From the NCBI GenBank assembly GCA_047285535.1, contig JBJBDC010000001.1, forward strand, positions 768,136 to 832,135: a stretch of 64,000 nt of DNA, in the 5' to 3' direction. The first letter of the stretch is position 1. Every line of letters begins with the position of its first letter. The notes beneath the pieces were generated by a model. That model worked only from the letters and a program-made list of their open reading frames with translations, was not told the DNA's origin and did not search any database. This document shows positions 61,482 to 64,000 of the stretch, piece after piece. The position numbers were made by a program, and so were the translations under genes. This DNA is from Synechococcus sp. (lineage in GTDB: Bacteria; Cyanobacteriota; Cyanobacteriia; PCC-6307; Cyanobiaceae).

Positions 61482-62453
61482 ATGGCCACCGTCACCGAGT
61501 TGCTGCAGCCGGTCGAGGCGGATCTTGAGATCCTGCTCAGTGATCTACGCAGCCTGATAGGAGCCGGCCATCCGATTCTTCAGGCCGCAGCTGAACATCT
61601 TTTCAGTGCTGGAGGCAAGCGCCTGCGGCCTGGAATCGTCCTGCTGATTTCCAGAGCCCTATCAGCAGATGGCGAGCTGAGTTCACGCCATCGACGCTTG
61701 GCTGAGATCACTGAGATGATCCATACCGCCTCCTTAGTTCACGACGATGTTGTCGACGAAGCCTCAACCCGACGTGGTGTTGAAACCGTCCACAGCCGAT
61801 TCAATTACAGAGTTGCCGTTCTGGCCGGTGATTTTCTGTTTGCTCAAGCGAGCTGGCACCTTGCCAATCTAGACAATTTAGACGTTGTTAAATTGCTGAG
61901 CCGCGTGATCATGGATCTCGCAGATGGTGAAGTCAAGCAGGGCTTATTCCGATTTGACACTGGTCAAACGTTTGAAACTTATTTCGAAAAAAGTTATTGC
62001 AAGACGGCATCATTAATCGCCAATAGTGCAAAAGCAGCTGGAGTACTCAGTGACTTACCTGAGCGTCAACTTGAGTCGCTCTATCACTACGGCCGTCAGC
62101 TCGGTCTTGCCTTTCAAATTGTGGATGACATTCTTGATTTCACTGGTAACGACAAGCAGCTCGGAAAACCAGCAGCTAGTGATCTTTCCAGTGGTTATCT
62201 CACTGCACCTGCCCTTTACGCCCTTGAAGAGAAGCCTTCTCTGACTGGTTTGATTGAACGTGAATTCAATGAAGATGGTGATCTTGAAGATGCTTTGGCT
62301 TTGGTGCGTGAATCTGAGGCCATTCCGCGTACAAGGGACTTAGCGAAAACCTTCGCACGAGAAGCTCGAGAATCCTTGACTTGGTTACCAGATTCGCCTT
62401 CGCGTAGCGCTCTGCTTGCACTCCCTAATTTTGTACTTGGTCGACTGAATTGA
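61482..62453 (+). CDS. sds: Solanesyl diphosphate synthase
   Basis: GGKRLRP, HDDVVD, QIVDDILD. Confidence 0.95.
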   Translation: MATVTELLQPVEADLEILLSDLRSLIGAGHPILQAAAEHLFSAGGKRLRPGIVLLISRALSADGELSSRHRRLAEITEMIHTASLVHDDVVDEASTRRGVETVHSRFNYRVAVLAGDFLFAQASWHLANLDNLDVVKLLSRVIMDLADGEVKQGLFRFDTGQTFETYFEKSYCKTASLIANSAKAAGVLSDLPERQLESLYHYGRQLGLAFQIVDDILDFTGNDKQLGKPAASDLSSGYLTAPALYALEEKPSLTGLIEREFNEDGDLEDALALVRESEAIPRTRDLAKTFAREARESLTWLPDSPSRSALLALPNFVLGRLN

Positions 62454-63126
62454 GGCTTCGTCTCAATTGCTTCTCTCCCTCACTTAAGGTTTTGATTGTA
62501 ATCAGACGGGAGTGATAGAAATCCTCAGCTTCATTGGCGTCATTGATCAGTTGCCAAACCAAACAGCCTGCCTCCAAAGCCGACTGACATCCAGCCCTCG
62601 AATCCTCAAAAGCCCAGCATTCACTTGCCGGAATACCTAATCGTTTTGTCGCCAATAAAAAGGGATCTGGAGCAGGTTTACCCGCACGCAAATCGGAATC
62701 GTCACCAAGTACTCGCTTTTGGATCAAGTCCAGCCAAGGATGGCCGGATGTCTTGTGAAGCAAGGAACCTTCGTTACTGCTACTGACCAGCACCATGGGG
62801 AGTTGTTGTTTAGCGCAAAATCTGATGAGATTCTCAGCCCCAGGCATCGCTAAAGCTGTCGCAACTAAACGTTTAGCGATGGGCTCCCTGGCATTCAGTA
62901 GTTGCTGAGCTGTTACAGGCTGCTCCAACCAAGAGCAAACCAAGTTCGCGTTGTCTTCGCGGCGACGGCCTTTGAGCTGGTTCAGTTGTTCGCTCGATAA
63001 GGATCCGTCAAAGCGCTTTGCTACTGCCTTCCAAGCCTCTGCCTGCAATGGCTCGGTATCAAGAAGTAGGCCATCAAGATCAAACAGGCATGCTTTGGGT
63101 GCTGACAGGGATCGGGGCTTGCTCAT
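62425..63126 (-). CDS. HAD-superfamily phosphatase
   Basis: FDLDGLLLDTE, GKPAPDPF, FEDS. Confidence 0.9.
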   Translation of the reverse strand: MSKPRSLSAPKACLFDLDGLLLDTEPLQAEAWKAVAKRFDGSLSSEQLNQLKGRRREDNANLVCSWLEQPVTAQQLLNAREPIAKRLVATALAMPGAENLIRFCAKQQLPMVLVSSSNEGSLLHKTSGHPWLDLIQKRVLGDDSDLRAGKPAPDPFLLATKRLGIPASECWAFEDSRAGCQSALEAGCLVWQLINDANEAEDFYHSRLITIKTLSEGEKQLRRSLNSVDQVQN

Positions 63127-63226
63127 CATCTCCTTGTCACTCTTCTGTGGATTCTGACAACGTGACTAGTCCGGATGTTGAAACCATCGATAGTCTTGTG
63201 CTGACAGTGCATTTGAGCTGCAGGTG

Positions 63227-64000
63227 ATGAGTGAGGATTCCACGATTGAGAGCGTGCTCCAGGAACAGCGTGTCTTCGATCCCCCAGCAGATCTCGCCAA
63301 AGCGGCGCGGATCTCGGGTATGGAGTCCTATCGCGAGCTCGCTGAGGCTGCCAAATCTGATCCCGATGCATTCTGGGGCGAAGCGGCACGGCGTGAACTG
63401 CATTGGTTTGAACCGTTCCACACCGTTCTCGACTGGAACAACCCACCCTTTGCCCGTTGGTTTGAGGGAGGGATCACCAATCTTTCCTTTAATTGTCTTG
63501 ATCGACATTTGCATGGACCAAAAGCGAACAAGACAGCTCTGATCTGGGAGGGTGAACCTGGTGATGTTCGTCAATTCACTTACAAAGAACTGCATGCTGA
63601 GGTCTGCCGTGCAGCCAATGGCCTCAAGGCCATGGGGATCGGCAAGGGCGATCTAGTCGCCCTCTATATGCCGATGATTCCTGAGGCCGCGATTGCGATG
63701 CTGGCCTGTGCTCGCATTGGTGCTCCTCACTCTGTTGTATTTGGTGGGTTCTCAGCAGAAGCCCTTCGTGATCGCTTAATTGATGGTGAAGTGAAAGCCG
63801 TCATCACGGCAGATGGCGGTTTTCGCAAAGACAAGCCTGTAGCACTGAAGCCCGCCGTCAATGCGGCGCTAGCCGATGGGGCTTGTCCAACGGTGAAATC
63901 CGTGCTCGTCGTGAAACGCACCGACCAGCCTGTGGACATGGTGAATGGACGCGATCAGTGGTGGCACGACCTGGTAGACGGCCAATCTGCTGATTGCGCC
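63227..64000 (+). CDS. acs: Acetyl-CoA synthetase, 5' part (runs off the window; absent from the ORF track)
   Basis: [56 protein letters not shown]. Confidence 0.95.
   Translation, partial: MSEDSTIESVLQEQRVFDPPADLAKAARISGMESYRELAEAAKSDPDAFWGEAARRELHWFEPFHTVLDWNNPPFARWFEGGITNLSFNCLDRHLHGPKANKTALIWEGEPGDVRQFTYKELHAEVCRAANGLKAMGIGKGDLVALYMPMIPEAAIAMLACARIGAPHSVVFGGFSAEALRDRLIDGEVKAVITADGGFRKDKPVALKPAVNAALADGACPTVKSVLVVKRTDQPVDMVNGRDQWWHDLVDGQSADCA

Noticed and set aside
1..64000. tRNA, rRNA or IS transposase genes
   Set aside because: None recognised by eye; a tRNAscan/ISEScan run would be needed to exclude them formally.

Overview
The window looks like a marine picocyanobacterial (Synechococcus-type) chromosome segment with three parts. 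(1) 1-33.7 kb is an accessory island. It starts with an SbcD/SbcC-like pair and continues as a mosaic of small genes, duplicated modules and pseudogenes: two membrane-anchored DEDDh-BRCT exonuclease genes, an alpha-keto-acid decarboxylase, two Coq4-like genes, a P450, two DJ-1/PfpI genes, a histidine-type decarboxylase with ACT domains, SelO, an NRAMP-like transporter and a decayed integrase. (2) 33.7-64 kb is a core block: DUF4336, DUF760, lepB, menD, menB, glgA, murF, glmU, MnmC-like, aroA, ubiD, comB, nitrilase, amidase, murI, sds, HAD, acs. It contains a divergent Yfr1-like/Yfr2 sRNA pair. (3) An iron-stress cluster sits between aroA and ubiD: ferritin pseudogene, Crp-type regulator, porin, PiuC-like dioxygenase, IdiA/FutA. 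Main discovery: the island is punctuated by same-orientation degenerate copies of codons ~11-21 of the flanking DUF4336 gene (DQxWxWWPLLP), at about 6043, 10791, 13035, 24691, 29144, 31433 and 32624, with weaker half-copies. Most are preceded by their own in-frame start codon and a different short N-terminus, and they coincide with module junctions. I infer repeated site-specific integration into the 5' end of a protein-coding gene, where each incoming cassette supplies a new promoter and N-terminus and pushes older cassettes outward. All family assignments come from motif recognition by eye; no searches were run.
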